Of a stretch of DNA of 64,000 nucleotides, positions 27,299 to 37,045 are shown piece after piece. This DNA comes from Vulcanimicrobiota bacterium (GTDB lineage: Bacteria > Vulcanimicrobiota > Vulcanimicrobiia > Vulcanimicrobiales > Vulcanimicrobiaceae): positions 31,667-95,666 of the forward strand of contig CAWAXX010000008.1 of the NCBI GenBank assembly GCA_963786105.1. Reading direction: 5' to 3'. The position numbers and the translations under genes are program-made. Under the pieces are notes generated by a model. It was not told the DNA's origin, ran no database searches, and saw only the letters and a list, made by a program, of their open reading frames with translations. Positions within the stretch are counted from its first letter, which is position 1; the number at the start of each line of letters is the position of its first letter.

Positions 27299-29252
27299 GG
27301 GGCTTCCGCCCGCGACGGCGTCGGAAGCGGCCTTCGACGCCGCGCTCGCCGAGTTGTTGGGCGGATCCGTGCCGCTTGCGGTCGAGCTCGACGCGAAGGA
27401 CGCGTTCGTCGAGCGCGCGTTCGCCAAGAGCGCCGAGTATCTGCACGATCGGTACGCGCGCATCGCCGACGCGACTACGTTTCATTCCAAGATTGCGGGC
27501 GTTTCGTTTGAAGGACGCCAGGATACCGTCCAGGGCCTGCGCGTGGGTGCGGAGCTCGACCTGATCCGCGAACCGCACAACGAGCACGACCCCAACGCCA
27601 TCGCGGTCCGTTACGGCGCGCTGCCGCTCGGGTACCTCAAGAAGGGCATAGCCGCCCATCTTGCGCCCCTGATCGACGCCGGCGCGCGCTACCGCGCCCG
27701 AATCGCGTCGCTGACGGGCGGCGGAGAAAAACATCGCGGCGTCAACATTTTCGTGGAGCGCGATGCCGTCGCCACCATCGCACAACGCGAGCGCGGCCGC
27801 GAAGCGCTGCGCCTCGCGTGGGACGGCGACGCCGAGCGCATCGTGCACGCATTGATCGGAACGTCGCAGCCGCACGAAGCCCAGCGCGACGTACTGGAGC
27901 GGGTCGCCGCCGGACGGAACACGCTGGCGGTTTTGGGGACGGGACGCGGGAAGTCGTTCTGCTTCCAGTTCTCGGCAGCGTTGCGTGCCTTTACCGCGGG
28001 CGCGAAGACGCTGGTCGTGTATCCACTGCGCGCGTTGGCGAACGATCAGTACGAGGCGCTGATGCGCACGCTCGATCCGCTCGGTTTGCGCATCTATCGC
28101 GCCAACGGTTCGATCGACAACGAGGAGCGCGAGGATCTCTTCGAAGCGCTCCGCGAGGGCGCGTGGGACGTCATGCTGGCTACGCCAGAGTTTCTCGACT
28201 TTCACCGCGACGCGTTCGGAGGCAAGAGCCGCCCGGGTTTCATCGTCGTCGACGAAGCCCACCACGTCCACGAGTCCCGGCACCGGCCGGCTTACGCGCG
28301 GTTGAGCGCGACCATTGCCGCCCTGGGAAACCCGCAGATCCTGGCGCTTACCGCGACGGCGGGTGACGGCGCGTTTACCAAAATCGTCTCCGAGCTGCGC
28401 GTCGACGCGTGGGTGATCGATCCGACGATCCGTGAAAACCTTCACGTCGTCGACGCTCGCAATCGCGCCGACAAGGTCGGGTACTTGCGCGAGCTGTTCG
28501 CCGTGCGAGGCAAGGGCATCATTTACTGCAACTCGCGCAAAGATGCCGCCGACGTCGCCGGCGCGCTACGCAAAGCGGCCGGCAACGAGATGATGTTCTA
28601 CCACGCCGGGATGCCGACCGCCGATCGCCACGATGTCGAGCGCTTCTTTCGCGAGGGTTCGCTGCGCGTGGTCGTCGCCACCTCGGCGTTCGGTGAAGGC
28701 ATCGATCTTCCCGACGTGGAGCACGTCGTGCTCTATCATCTGAACTTCGACTTTGCGGAGTTCAACCAGCAAGCCGGCCGCGCCGGCCGCAACGGCGCTC
28801 CGGCGCAGATCCATCTGTTGTACGGAGAAAACGACCGCCGGCTCAACGACTATCTCATCGACATCGATGCTCCGACCTTACCGGTGCTGCGCGAAGTGTA
28901 TCGCGGCATGCGGGGGATGGCGCGCGACGGGATCTTGCGCAGCGCCAATACCGAGATTGCCGAGATCCTCGATCTCGACAAGGTTCGTGACCGGACCGTG
29001 GGTGCGGCCTTGCGCATCTTTAGCGATTCGAAATTAGTCGAGGTGAGCGAAGACGATGAAGGTCGCTTCATTCGGTTTCTGCCGGTCAGCGGGAAAGTCG
29101 ACATGCAGGAAAACGAGCGTTTTGCCGAAGGCGAAGCGATCCGCGAAAGCTTCGACCATTTTTGCACCCTGGCGTTGAGCGCTCCGGCCGAAACGCTCGA
29201 GCGCATTATCAACCGGCCGATCTATCCATCCCGCGTCGACCACCGCCGCTAG
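27192..29252 (+). CDS. HIRAN-domain DEAH-box (RecQ-like SF2) helicase; start uncertain
   Basis: HIRAN KIAGVSFEGRQ..REPHNEHDPNAIAV..LGYL; GTGRGKS, VVDEAH, LTATA, ATSAFGEGID, QQAGRAGR. Confidence 0.88.
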   Translation: MRRHLNKGTKKSRSTSTSSTNRPSPTTAARKRRNPKGLPPATASEAAFDAALAELLGGSVPLAVELDAKDAFVERAFAKSAEYLHDRYARIADATTFHSKIAGVSFEGRQDTVQGLRVGAELDLIREPHNEHDPNAIAVRYGALPLGYLKKGIAAHLAPLIDAGARYRARIASLTGGGEKHRGVNIFVERDAVATIAQRERGREALRLAWDGDAERIVHALIGTSQPHEAQRDVLERVAAGRNTLAVLGTGRGKSFCFQFSAALRAFTAGAKTLVVYPLRALANDQYEALMRTLDPLGLRIYRANGSIDNEEREDLFEALREGAWDVMLATPEFLDFHRDAFGGKSRPGFIVVDEAHHVHESRHRPAYARLSATIAALGNPQILALTATAGDGAFTKIVSELRVDAWVIDPTIRENLHVVDARNRADKVGYLRELFAVRGKGIIYCNSRKDAADVAGALRKAAGNEMMFYHAGMPTADRHDVERFFREGSLRVVVATSAFGEGIDLPDVEHVVLYHLNFDFAEFNQQAGRAGRNGAPAQIHLLYGENDRRLNDYLIDIDAPTLPVLREVYRGMRGMARDGILRSANTEIAEILDLDKVRDRTVGAALRIFSDSKLVEVSEDDEGRFIRFLPVSGKVDMQENERFAEGEAIRESFDHFCTLALSAPAETLERIINRPIYPSRVDHRR

Positions 29253-29280
29253 TGGCTCCTAGGCGACCGGCACGTCACAT

Positions 29281-29323
29281 AAAAACACGAGCGCCGGGTC
29301 GCGTACCCAAGCGCTCGTGGTTT
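29281..29323 (-). terminator. Intrinsic terminator between convergent genes
   Basis: CACGAGCGC..GCGCTCGTG stem with an A-run on the left (U-tract on the minus strand). Confidence 0.65.
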
Positions 29324-29338
29324 GCTTAGACGCCGCGG

Positions 29339-30355
29339 TTATTTGTTGACTAAGGGATATCCCGCGATGCCGAGCGGGCTGGTAGTGCCGCTGAGCGTTG
29401 AGAACGGTGAGGTCTGCATGCCCTTGTACCCTACCACGTTGAGGGCTTGATTCGATTGGAAGTACCTTCCGGAACTTGCGAATCCACCCAGCGTCGGCCC
29501 GAAGCTTTCGATGCCGTCGGTGATCGTTGCGGATGGACTCGTCGAACCATACGCGTAGACATTCACGTTCGAGGCTGCAAAATTGGAAACGTAGATCACG
29601 TTCCTCTTTCCAAACGAAACGCCGATCGGTCCGTTGAGGCTTGTCAGGCCTGAGTTCTGCACCGTTTGCGATCCGGCAAGTATTTCAAAAACGCCGTTGC
29701 TCGAGTCACAAGCGACCCAAATGTTGTCGTTGCTGTCGACGCCGACGCCGACCGGCTGACCGTAGTTGTTGAAGCTGATGGTCTCGAACGGCGACGTGGC
29801 ACCGGCCGCGTATCCCGTTATGTTGTTGGTGCCGAGGTTGCTGACAAAGACGTTACCGCTCGAATCGACCGCAATTCCGTACGGACCGCTGATTCCGGTA
29901 CTGATCGTCAAACTCGGCGAGCTGGCGCCCGTCGGGTAGACCGTAACCGTGTTATTCCCTTCGTTGGTGACGTACAGCGCGCCCGATTTGTCGACGGCGA
30001 CGCCGGCGGGAGCGCTCACGCCGTTGGTGATCGATCCCTCGGGGGACGCATTTGGCGTCTTGGGAGAGTACATCAGGACGCCGCTCGAAGCATCGGCGAC
30101 GAAGAGAATCTGCCGATTCGGCGCGGCGGCCGGCCAACCGCGCGGAGCGTTGGGTTGGCGCGGAACGAGCGGCACGATCCTCGGGCCGGAAATCGCGGGG
30201 CCGGGAAGAACGCGCATTCCCGAGCCAACTTGTCGCGAAGAAGGCGTAAGGGAACCGGCTTGGCTTGGAGTGAGAGAGGCTGGGTTGCCGGAACATCCGG
30301 CGACCAGGGCAGCTGCCACGGCTGCGATCAGCACGCGGCTACGGGTTTGGTTCAT
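29339..30355 (-). CDS. NHL/beta-propeller repeat lipoprotein
   Basis: Lipobox LVAGC; repeats PAGVAVDKSGALYVTN, PYGIAVDSSGNVFVSN, PVGVGVDSNDNIWVA. Confidence 0.85.
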   Translation of the reverse strand: MNQTRSRVLIAAVAAALVAGCSGNPASLTPSQAGSLTPSSRQVGSGMRVLPGPAISGPRIVPLVPRQPNAPRGWPAAAPNRQILFVADASSGVLMYSPKTPNASPEGSITNGVSAPAGVAVDKSGALYVTNEGNNTVTVYPTGASSPSLTISTGISGPYGIAVDSSGNVFVSNLGTNNITGYAAGATSPFETISFNNYGQPVGVGVDSNDNIWVACDSSNGVFEILAGSQTVQNSGLTSLNGPIGVSFGKRNVIYVSNFAASNVNVYAYGSTSPSATITDGIESFGPTLGGFASSGRYFQSNQALNVVGYKGMQTSPFSTLSGTTSPLGIAGYPLVNK

Positions 30356-30474
30356 CGAACGTACCTCCGAGACGGTGGTGATTGGGCAAGCTATTTTCCG
30401 TCATGCAAACGCCGCGTCCTTGGAATCCGGCTAGCACTTTGGTGTCATTCTGAGCGGTATTACGACGACTCCGC

Positions 30475-30948
30475 CGGCGTGGCGCTGGCTGCCGAAAGGC
30501 CTCGCGCCTCGTTATCATCGGTTCCATGCTCGGGGGTACATAATGCGGCGCCAGGCTGCTCTCGTCATCGCGATTTTTCGCGCGTCGTCGCAGGGCGTCG
30601 TTCTCGTGGAACGGGCCGCGCACTTTCGCGATCACCCCGGTCAGATCGGGCTTCCGGGCGGTGGCGTTCACCCCGAAGATGCCAATCTCAAGGCAACGGC
30701 GCTGCGGGGCTTCACAAAGAAGTGGGAATCGAGCCGGCACGCGCTATCGCGCCCGAATCGCGTCCCTGACGGGCGGCGGAGAAAAGCATCAGTCGACATG
30801 CAGGAAAACGAGCGTTTTGCCGAAGGCGAAGCGATCCGCGAAAGCTTCGATCATGTTTGTTCGCTGGCGTCGAGCGCTCTGGCGGAAACGCTCGAGCGCA
30901 TCATCAACCGGCCGAATTTATTCATCCCGCGTCGACCACCGCCGCTAG
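30475..30948 (+). pseudogene. Chimeric relic: Nudix upstream region and 5' end fused to two helicase fragments
   Basis: ~30475-30744 resembles ~34975-35244; 30733-30790 resembles 27678-27735; 30791-30948 resembles 29096-29252; contains frameshifts. Confidence 0.9.
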
Positions 30949-31078
30949 GGGCCTTCGATTTAGCCCATATCTTTGTCGGCTCGGGGTTCATTTGCCATAG
31001 CAAACTTCGCCCCTCGCCTTCTCGATATCGGCTAAATCGAAATTTCCTAGATGCGTTGGGCCGGTCGGGCGTACGTGG

Positions 31079-32296
31079 CTAAACGATGGCGCGCGTGAAT
31101 TTGCCCTGATCGACGTTCCGGTAAAACGCGTTGTCCGTTTCGCTGATGCCGGCGGAAGCCCACGGGTCGATCTGCGCTCGCTTGACCGGCGCGTGGATCG
31201 TGGGACCGGCTGCATCGGAGTAATCGGCTCCGCCGAACGGTGCGAACGCACTGCTTTCGCGATGGGCGAGCACCAGATCGCGAACCGCGTCGCTTGCCGC
31301 TTTGGCATCGCGACGAACGCTCGCATCGAATCGTCCGTCGCTTGCAATGATATCGTATACGGCGATCGCCGGCCGGTCGGCACGCCATGGCATGTCGACG
31401 GTCGCTCCGGGAAATCGCGCCATCCCGTCGACCGACCGAAGGTCCTCGCGGACCGCTTTTCGCACACCGGGCTCGCGCATCTGAGCTACAACGTCATCGT
31501 TGCACCGTTTGATCGCGACTTCGGCGTGGGCGATCTTCTCGGCGCTGAGATCGAGGACGTCGAAGGCCGCTGCCGGACCGTAGCCGCCCAAGCCGCCGGC
31601 ATCGTATTTCGTGCGCATCACGTCGGCGACGAGTGCGCGAGCCATCGCGTTCGGATCGCGTTGGTTCGACGCGATGACGTGCGCGACGTCGCTTGGAACG
31701 CCGGGTGCCAGCATAGTTTCGGGTGAGGCGGCCAGCCACCTGACGCCCGCGTGCGAGAGCGCGTCACCGAAACCCAAAGTGTCCATGAGGCATTGATTGG
31801 CAACGACGCCGTCGACCCTGCGCACGGCATCTTCGGGATGGGTCTTCGCGTGCTGCGCAACCCCATCGGAAATCGCTCTTGCGATGTCGGGCATCGTCAT
31901 GCAATGGCCATCGCTGGTTTGCAAACCGCCGCCATCGCCGCCGCCATGGTCGATTAGGTCGATCCAGGCTTGTTTGCTGCCACTGGCCTCGGCGTTGTCG
32001 AGCGTACGGGCGACGAATCGCGCCAGATTGCTCTCGTCACTCATATCGTGGGCCTCGCCGCGCGACACGTGACCGATCGTGCCGCCGGCGATAGTGTACT
32101 CGTCCGTGTGCAAGGCGCCACCATGAAGCGACGTCGTGTCCTCCACGGTGAATTCGACGCGCGCGTCGCGTTGGCTGGTACGCAGCGCCTGCGCGAGCGT
32201 CGCCTCTTGGACCGCGTCCAGATTGTTGTCACCGTCGCGGTAGATGCCAAATTCGAGCGTCCGGCGCGACGGCAACAGGGAAGCGTTTTGCAGCAT
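31079..32296 (-). CDS. Clostripain-like (peptidase C11, clan CD) cysteine protease
   Basis: IYRDGDNNL, DMSDESNLARFV, LIDHGGG (His), VANQCLM (Cys), LAASPET. Confidence 0.7.
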   Translation of the reverse strand: MLQNASLLPSRRTLEFGIYRDGDNNLDAVQEATLAQALRTSQRDARVEFTVEDTTSLHGGALHTDEYTIAGGTIGHVSRGEAHDMSDESNLARFVARTLDNAEASGSKQAWIDLIDHGGGDGGGLQTSDGHCMTMPDIARAISDGVAQHAKTHPEDAVRRVDGVVANQCLMDTLGFGDALSHAGVRWLAASPETMLAPGVPSDVAHVIASNQRDPNAMARALVADVMRTKYDAGGLGGYGPAAAFDVLDLSAEKIAHAEVAIKRCNDDVVAQMREPGVRKAVREDLRSVDGMARFPGATVDMPWRADRPAIAVYDIIASDGRFDASVRRDAKAASDAVRDLVLAHRESSAFAPFGGADYSDAAGPTIHAPVKRAQIDPWASAGISETDNAFYRNVDQGKFTRAIV

Positions 32297-32372
32297 GAGG
32301 CCTCCTGATCGGGAAAGTCAGGAACCTACTGCGACGAGTTAGGAGCAGGGCTAGTGGTTTTCCGCGGGTTTT

Positions 32373-33134
32373 CTATAGATTCTGCTCGAGTCGAGGGTGG
32401 CCGAGAAAGTCCATGACGACCCAGGCCGACGCGGCGATCGCGAGCGTCTCCAGACCCTCGGACCAGCTCACAAAACTGTGGGGATCGGCAAAGAGCGCGG
32501 GCAGCCATACCAGCAGTCCGAAACCAAGGAGCATTGCCGTGGTCAATCGAGATGCGAGCCGGGCCATATAGCTCGTGAGCAGCGCGATAGCGGCAAGAAA
32601 AAACGCGGCGGTCGTTGTTTTCGCCCAAAACATTTGTCCGGGTGGAATCCATTTCGGAACGAGACTTGCCGTTTCAGAGAGATAGAAAAGCTGTTCCAGT
32701 CCGAACGAGACGACACAAATAGCGAACGAGTAGTAGCCGACTTGAGCGAATCTTGACGTTCTCGCCGGGGTGACTGGACCGGAGCGGCCGTAAAGGATCG
32801 CGGCTCCCGAGGCCAGTGAGAGTTGTTCGAAGAAGTTACCAAAGCTATTGTAAACGAGCGGGTGCGCGATGATGAGCGGTACCCCCAACAACGCAAAAAC
32901 GCAGTAGATCGTACCCAGTGCGAGAGCGCCGGCCCGGGCGGTCCTCGGCCATTGAATGGCTACGCCTCCAACGATCTCGACGGTGGCCGCGATGTAGGTA
33001 AGAATCGCGTGGTGAGAAGCGTCTCCAAGCGCCTTAATCTGATGCCAATTGCTGAAGTCGTGCCAAGCCAAGGCACAGATCCCGGAGGCGATCGCCGCCA
33101 AACCGTAGACGTAACGCCCGAGAGAATATTTCAT
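32373..33134 (-). CDS. DoxX-like multi-pass membrane protein
   Basis: About 8 TMs; ASLVPKWIPPGQMFWA motif. Confidence 0.7.
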   Translation of the reverse strand: MKYSLGRYVYGLAAIASGICALAWHDFSNWHQIKALGDASHHAILTYIAATVEIVGGVAIQWPRTARAGALALGTIYCVFALLGVPLIIAHPLVYNSFGNFFEQLSLASGAAILYGRSGPVTPARTSRFAQVGYYSFAICVVSFGLEQLFYLSETASLVPKWIPPGQMFWAKTTTAAFFLAAIALLTSYMARLASRLTTAMLLGFGLLVWLPALFADPHSFVSWSEGLETLAIAASAWVVMDFLGHPRLEQNL

Positions 33135-33165
33135 CGCAGCGCCTTAACCGGAATGCGGGTTCGAC

Positions 33166-33531
33166 TCATGCGATGGCGCCGTTGAGAATCGCGTCGCATT
33201 TGGCGGCAAAGACGAAGTCACTCTCGGTAAGTCCGCCGATCTTGTGCGTCCAGACTTGGATGCCGAGTCTGCCCCACGCTACGTGGAGATCTGGGTGGTG
33301 CTGCTGTGCGTCGGCCAGGTGACCGATCGCCGCCGCGGCGCTCATCGCCTCCGCAAAAGTCTTGAAGCGATACGTGCGTTCGAGAAACAGCACGCGCCGC
33401 GCGGGCTCGGTGCGCTCGCCGATGCTCCAGCCGGGATCGAGCTGCTCTAGCAGCGGCGCGAGGTGTTCTCGCGTCAGCGGCGGTACCTCGCCACGGCACG
33501 GAATGCAGGTCCGTTGGGCTAACTCGCTCAC
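33166..33531 (-). CDS. Pterin-4-alpha-carbinolamine dehydratase
   Basis: CIPCRG, HHPDLHVAWG, WTHKIGGLTESDFVFAAKCD. Confidence 0.93.
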   Translation of the reverse strand: MSELAQRTCIPCRGEVPPLTREHLAPLLEQLDPGWSIGERTEPARRVLFLERTYRFKTFAEAMSAAAAIGHLADAQQHHPDLHVAWGRLGIQVWTHKIGGLTESDFVFAAKCDAILNGAIA

Positions 33532-33585
33532 GATGCGAACCTTCGCCGTAGGTTCGGTGAATCTTCGCTTCGGGCCGGTTAGGCG

Positions 33586-34938
33586 TTACTCGTCGTCGGG
33601 AGCGACGCCGCTGTTCGCGAAACGATGGTGGATGAAGAACTTTGCCGGGTACGGCGCCTTGATCGGGACGAAGGGGCGAGGCTGTAGCGAAAAGTCAAAG
33701 CAGTCGGCGGCGGGCGAACTGGCCCGGGCGTCTGCCGCAGCCATTTGCGGAAGGTGGTAGAGGTCCTCGGCGAATCGCAGCACGCTCGCCGTTTCAAACT
33801 GCTGGTGAGAGACGTAACCCTTTTTTGCGTAGGGAGAGATTACCAAAAGGGGAACGCGAAAGCCTACGCCGTCGTAATCCTCGAATGGGGGCGCTACGTG
33901 ATCGTAAAGGCCGCCCCAATCGTCCCACTGGACGAAGATGGCGGTCGAGTTCCAGAACGCGCTTTTCCCAACCGTGTCGACGATGGCGGAAACCCACGAC
34001 GGGCCGTACCCACCGCCGCACTCGGAATGATCGGACTCAGCGCATTCCGGCGTAATCCACGTAAAGTTCGCGAGTTTACCAGCGCGGACGTCGGTGATGA
34101 ACTTCCAGTTGGGCGTGATGACGTCGCTCTTCCAGTCGGGGCCGCGGAAGATGTGCTTGACCGCTTGATAGCCCGACCACGTTCCGCCGTTGCCGCCCCC
34201 ATCGTTATTGTATTGCACGGCGTAAAAACGCCAGGATAGGTGCGCTGCGTCCAGTTCGTCCCCGAGCGTGACGTAGTCGAAGCAGGCCCGTTGCTGGGGG
34301 CCGCGCGGGCTGCGATTTTGGGTGAGGGTGCCGATGGTGTCGGAGGGACCGCCTCCGCAGCCCCATTCCGGCCCGGCAGGCAAATCGACGCTCGCCTGTG
34401 CTTGCGCGGCGATGGCGTACTGATGCGCGACGAAGCTTTCGTCGAGCTGCGACTGGAACATTCTGTCGCCGACGACCCATTCGTGCGCCATGTCGAAGTA
34501 CGGCTTAGACTCGCTCTGCGGCACGTATACGTACTGCGGGTTTGTAGGACCGCCGTACGACTCTTCTTTGTCGAAGCCGTTCATCCGGCAGTTCGTTCCG
34601 GGGAGGCTCCCCGTCCCGTTACAGGCCGCAAACATGGCGTACGCCGAGTGATCGATCTGATACCGTTTGGCCAAGGATTCCGGTTGCAGCGCGATCGTCC
34701 CACCCGTCGAGTTCATTCCAACGGAAACGGTATCCGCGCCGGGATAGCCTTGGAATAGGTTGTCGAAGCTTCGGTTCTCCTGAATGATGTAAACGACGTG
34801 CGTGATTTTTCCGGCACCGCTGCCTTTGAGATTTCGCGCAAGGGTATCGCCTTGTATCGATCGCAAAGGCGGCTGCGCGCCGGACGCGCACGCGGCGAGA
34901 GCAAGCAGCAGAAAAAGAGCGGCAGATCGCAGCTTCAT
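33586..34938 (-). CDS. Phospholipase C/phosphoesterase-family lipoprotein
   Basis: Lipobox LAAC; KITHVVYIIQENRSFDNLF, WDDWGGLYDHV, GFRVPLLVISPYAK. Confidence 0.9.
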   Translation of the reverse strand: MKLRSAALFLLLALAACASGAQPPLRSIQGDTLARNLKGSGAGKITHVVYIIQENRSFDNLFQGYPGADTVSVGMNSTGGTIALQPESLAKRYQIDHSAYAMFAACNGTGSLPGTNCRMNGFDKEESYGGPTNPQYVYVPQSESKPYFDMAHEWVVGDRMFQSQLDESFVAHQYAIAAQAQASVDLPAGPEWGCGGGPSDTIGTLTQNRSPRGPQQRACFDYVTLGDELDAAHLSWRFYAVQYNNDGGGNGGTWSGYQAVKHIFRGPDWKSDVITPNWKFITDVRAGKLANFTWITPECAESDHSECGGGYGPSWVSAIVDTVGKSAFWNSTAIFVQWDDWGGLYDHVAPPFEDYDGVGFRVPLLVISPYAKKGYVSHQQFETASVLRFAEDLYHLPQMAAADARASSPAADCFDFSLQPRPFVPIKAPYPAKFFIHHRFANSGVAPDDE

Positions 34939-35041
34939 GCCGCCGGTTTCCGCGAAACGGCAGCGCGGGCCTTCGCGGCGGTGCCGGTTGCCCAAAGCCA
35001 CCCGGCTTCGCTATCATCGGTTTTATGTTCGAGGGTACGTA

Positions 35042-35569
35042 GTGCGCCGGCAAGCTGCGGTCGTCATCGCGATTTTTCGCACGTCGCCGCACGGCGTCGT
35101 TTTCGTGGAACGGGCCGCGCACTTGCGCGACCATCCGGGTCAGATCGGCCTTCCGGGCGGTGGCGTTCACGCCGACGATGTCAACCTCGAGGCAACGGCG
35201 CTGCGCGAGCTGCACGAAGAAGTGGGAATCGAGCCGGCGCGCGCGACCATCGTCGCCCGACTGCCGATGTTGCGTCAGCGCTTCGTCAACAACTTCGACG
35301 TGACGCCGTTCGTGGCCGTCGTCGAGGCCGGCGAGCTGACGATCGATGCGGAGGAAACGGCCGGCGTTTTCCTGGTTCCGCTCAAGACGATTCTGCAAGG
35401 TCTTCGCAAGGGCAACGTCGACCACGACGGTTTGCGCGTGCCGAGTTTGGTGCTCGACTACGAAGGCCGCCGAATTTGGGGACTGACGGCCCGCATTCTG
35501 CAGGACTTCATCGCGGACTGGGAACGCGGCGAGCTGCCCGATCGCGTCAGGGCGCATTTCACGCGCTAA
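35042..35569 (+). CDS. Nudix hydrolase, CoA pyrophosphatase type
   Basis: RAAHLRDHPGQIGLPGG, ALRELHEEVGI, IWGLTARIL. Confidence 0.92.
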   Translation: MRRQAAVVIAIFRTSPHGVVFVERAAHLRDHPGQIGLPGGGVHADDVNLEATALRELHEEVGIEPARATIVARLPMLRQRFVNNFDVTPFVAVVEAGELTIDAEETAGVFLVPLKTILQGLRKGNVDHDGLRVPSLVLDYEGRRIWGLTARILQDFIADWERGELPDRVRAHFTR

Positions 35570-35577
35570 CCCGCAAG

Positions 35578-36459
35578 TTACGAGTTTGGCTTAGGCGCCG
35601 GACAATCCTTGAGCAAGGTATATCCGCCCGGGCCGGTGTGGGCGATGACGTATTGCACCAACGCAGGTTCGCTCGCGAGCTTGTCGGCCGGTGGACTTTG
35701 AAACGTCGTCGGAAAGTTGGGATCGTTCAGGTTTTGGTTCGACCACGGGTTGGACGCTTCGTTCGCATAGTACCAGGGATAATCGAGCAGAAGCGATTCG
35801 GCGTGTTCATCAGGGAAGTGCACGCTCAATCGGATGTCCACCCAAAACCCGTGCGTTCGCGGGTCGAAGCGCGAGCCGTGCGGATCGGAGAACTCGACGA
35901 AACCGCACGGTTCGTTGCCGCCTGCCGCGCCGTTCCCGCTTCCACGATTCCCCGCACCGTTTCCCGAGATGCCGTTGCCCGCACCCGCTCCCGACCGATT
36001 GCCGGCGCCGGCTCCCGCAGCGCCGACGGGAATATCCCAGACGGGTTTCGCGTGCGAAAAAACCGGCGGTTTGGGGCGAGCCGCGCCCGCGCGACGGACG
36101 ATATCCGAGCGCGCTTGAACGCCCGTCGTCGCATTGCGCACGACGTGCGTTTCGGCCGGCGCGATCGTTCTCACGCGGCTGACGATGCGCGGTGGGGTGG
36201 GCGTCGGAATCGGCGGCGCGGGCGTTGGGACGGAGATGTGCGCGAGTTGCACGTGCATCACGACCTCGCGTTGCGTTGAAGCGCGTGGCGGGGCTGGTAT
36301 CAGCCCGGCAAGTATTTCGTGCAGCGCGATCGCAAGGGCGAACGCGACCAGCAGCCGCCGTTTGTCGGAATCTCCAAAGAAGGCGCCGAGCCATCCGCGC
36401 TGGGACGGCTCGGCGCGCCGCAAACGTTCGATGTTCTTCGAGCCTCTAACCGTGCGCAT
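35578..36459 (-). CDS. Single-TM Pro/Gly-rich protein with TonB-like architecture
   Basis: AFALAIALHEILAG anchor (AxxxH), PTPAPPIPTPTPP linker, Gly-rich tract, C-domain with two Cys. Confidence 0.55.
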   Translation of the reverse strand: MRTVRGSKNIERLRRAEPSQRGWLGAFFGDSDKRRLLVAFALAIALHEILAGLIPAPPRASTQREVVMHVQLAHISVPTPAPPIPTPTPPRIVSRVRTIAPAETHVVRNATTGVQARSDIVRRAGAARPKPPVFSHAKPVWDIPVGAAGAGAGNRSGAGAGNGISGNGAGNRGSGNGAAGGNEPCGFVEFSDPHGSRFDPRTHGFWVDIRLSVHFPDEHAESLLLDYPWYYANEASNPWSNQNLNDPNFPTTFQSPPADKLASEPALVQYVIAHTGPGGYTLLKDCPAPKPNS

Positions 36460-36491
36460 CGAACCCCGGACCGGCGGTCGAGAGGCGGGTC

Positions 36492-37031
36492 GTGGCATCC
36501 CGCGAACCCCCGTTCCTCGTGGAGATCGAAGCCCTTATTCGAGCGATCCCGGATTTCCCGATCCCCGGGGTCCTTTTCCGTGACATTACTCCGTTGTTGA
36601 AGGATAGGCAAGGCTTCCGCCGGGCAATCGACCTCTTCGTCGACCGTTTCAAAGACTGCAAAATTGACTACGTAGTAGGCATAGAAGCGCGGGGTTATAT
36701 TTTCGGGGCACCGTTGGCCTACGCAATCGGCGCGGGCTTCATTCCGATCCGAAAGCCGGGCAAGCTTCCGCACGTCAAGATCAGCGAGGAGTACGCGCTT
36801 GAATACGGCACGAACAGCCTGGAAGTGCATGCCGATGCACTCGGTAGGGGAGAGCGCGTCGTAGTCGTCGACGACGTCCTAGCAACCGGCGGCACCGCGG
36901 CCGCAACGCTGCGGCTCCTCCGGAGGTTGGGTGCCGACGTGGTGGCGTTTGCATTTCTGCTCGAACTCCCCGCCCTCAAAGGGCGGGACGCCCTTGGCGA
37001 CGTCGACATCGTCGCGTTCGCTAGGTCTTAG
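36492..37031 (+). CDS. apt: Adenine phosphoribosyltransferase
   Basis: PDFPIPGVLFRDIT, IEARGY, RKPGKLP, VVVDDVLATGGT. Confidence 0.96.
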   Translation: MASREPPFLVEIEALIRAIPDFPIPGVLFRDITPLLKDRQGFRRAIDLFVDRFKDCKIDYVVGIEARGYIFGAPLAYAIGAGFIPIRKPGKLPHVKISEEYALEYGTNSLEVHADALGRGERVVVVDDVLATGGTAAATLRLLRRLGADVVAFAFLLELPALKGRDALGDVDIVAFARS

Positions 37032-37045
37032 GATTTCACATACGC

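Noticed and set aside
30475..30948. Diversity-generating retroelement template repeat or IS-mediated repeat
   Set aside because: No reverse transcriptase or transposase nearby; differences are not confined to adenines and include indels
35930..36030. Short GC-rich repeats (also PT-coding repeats near 37130)
   Set aside because: Encode Gly/Ala/Asn or Pro/Thr linkers; not CRISPR or DNA-level repeats
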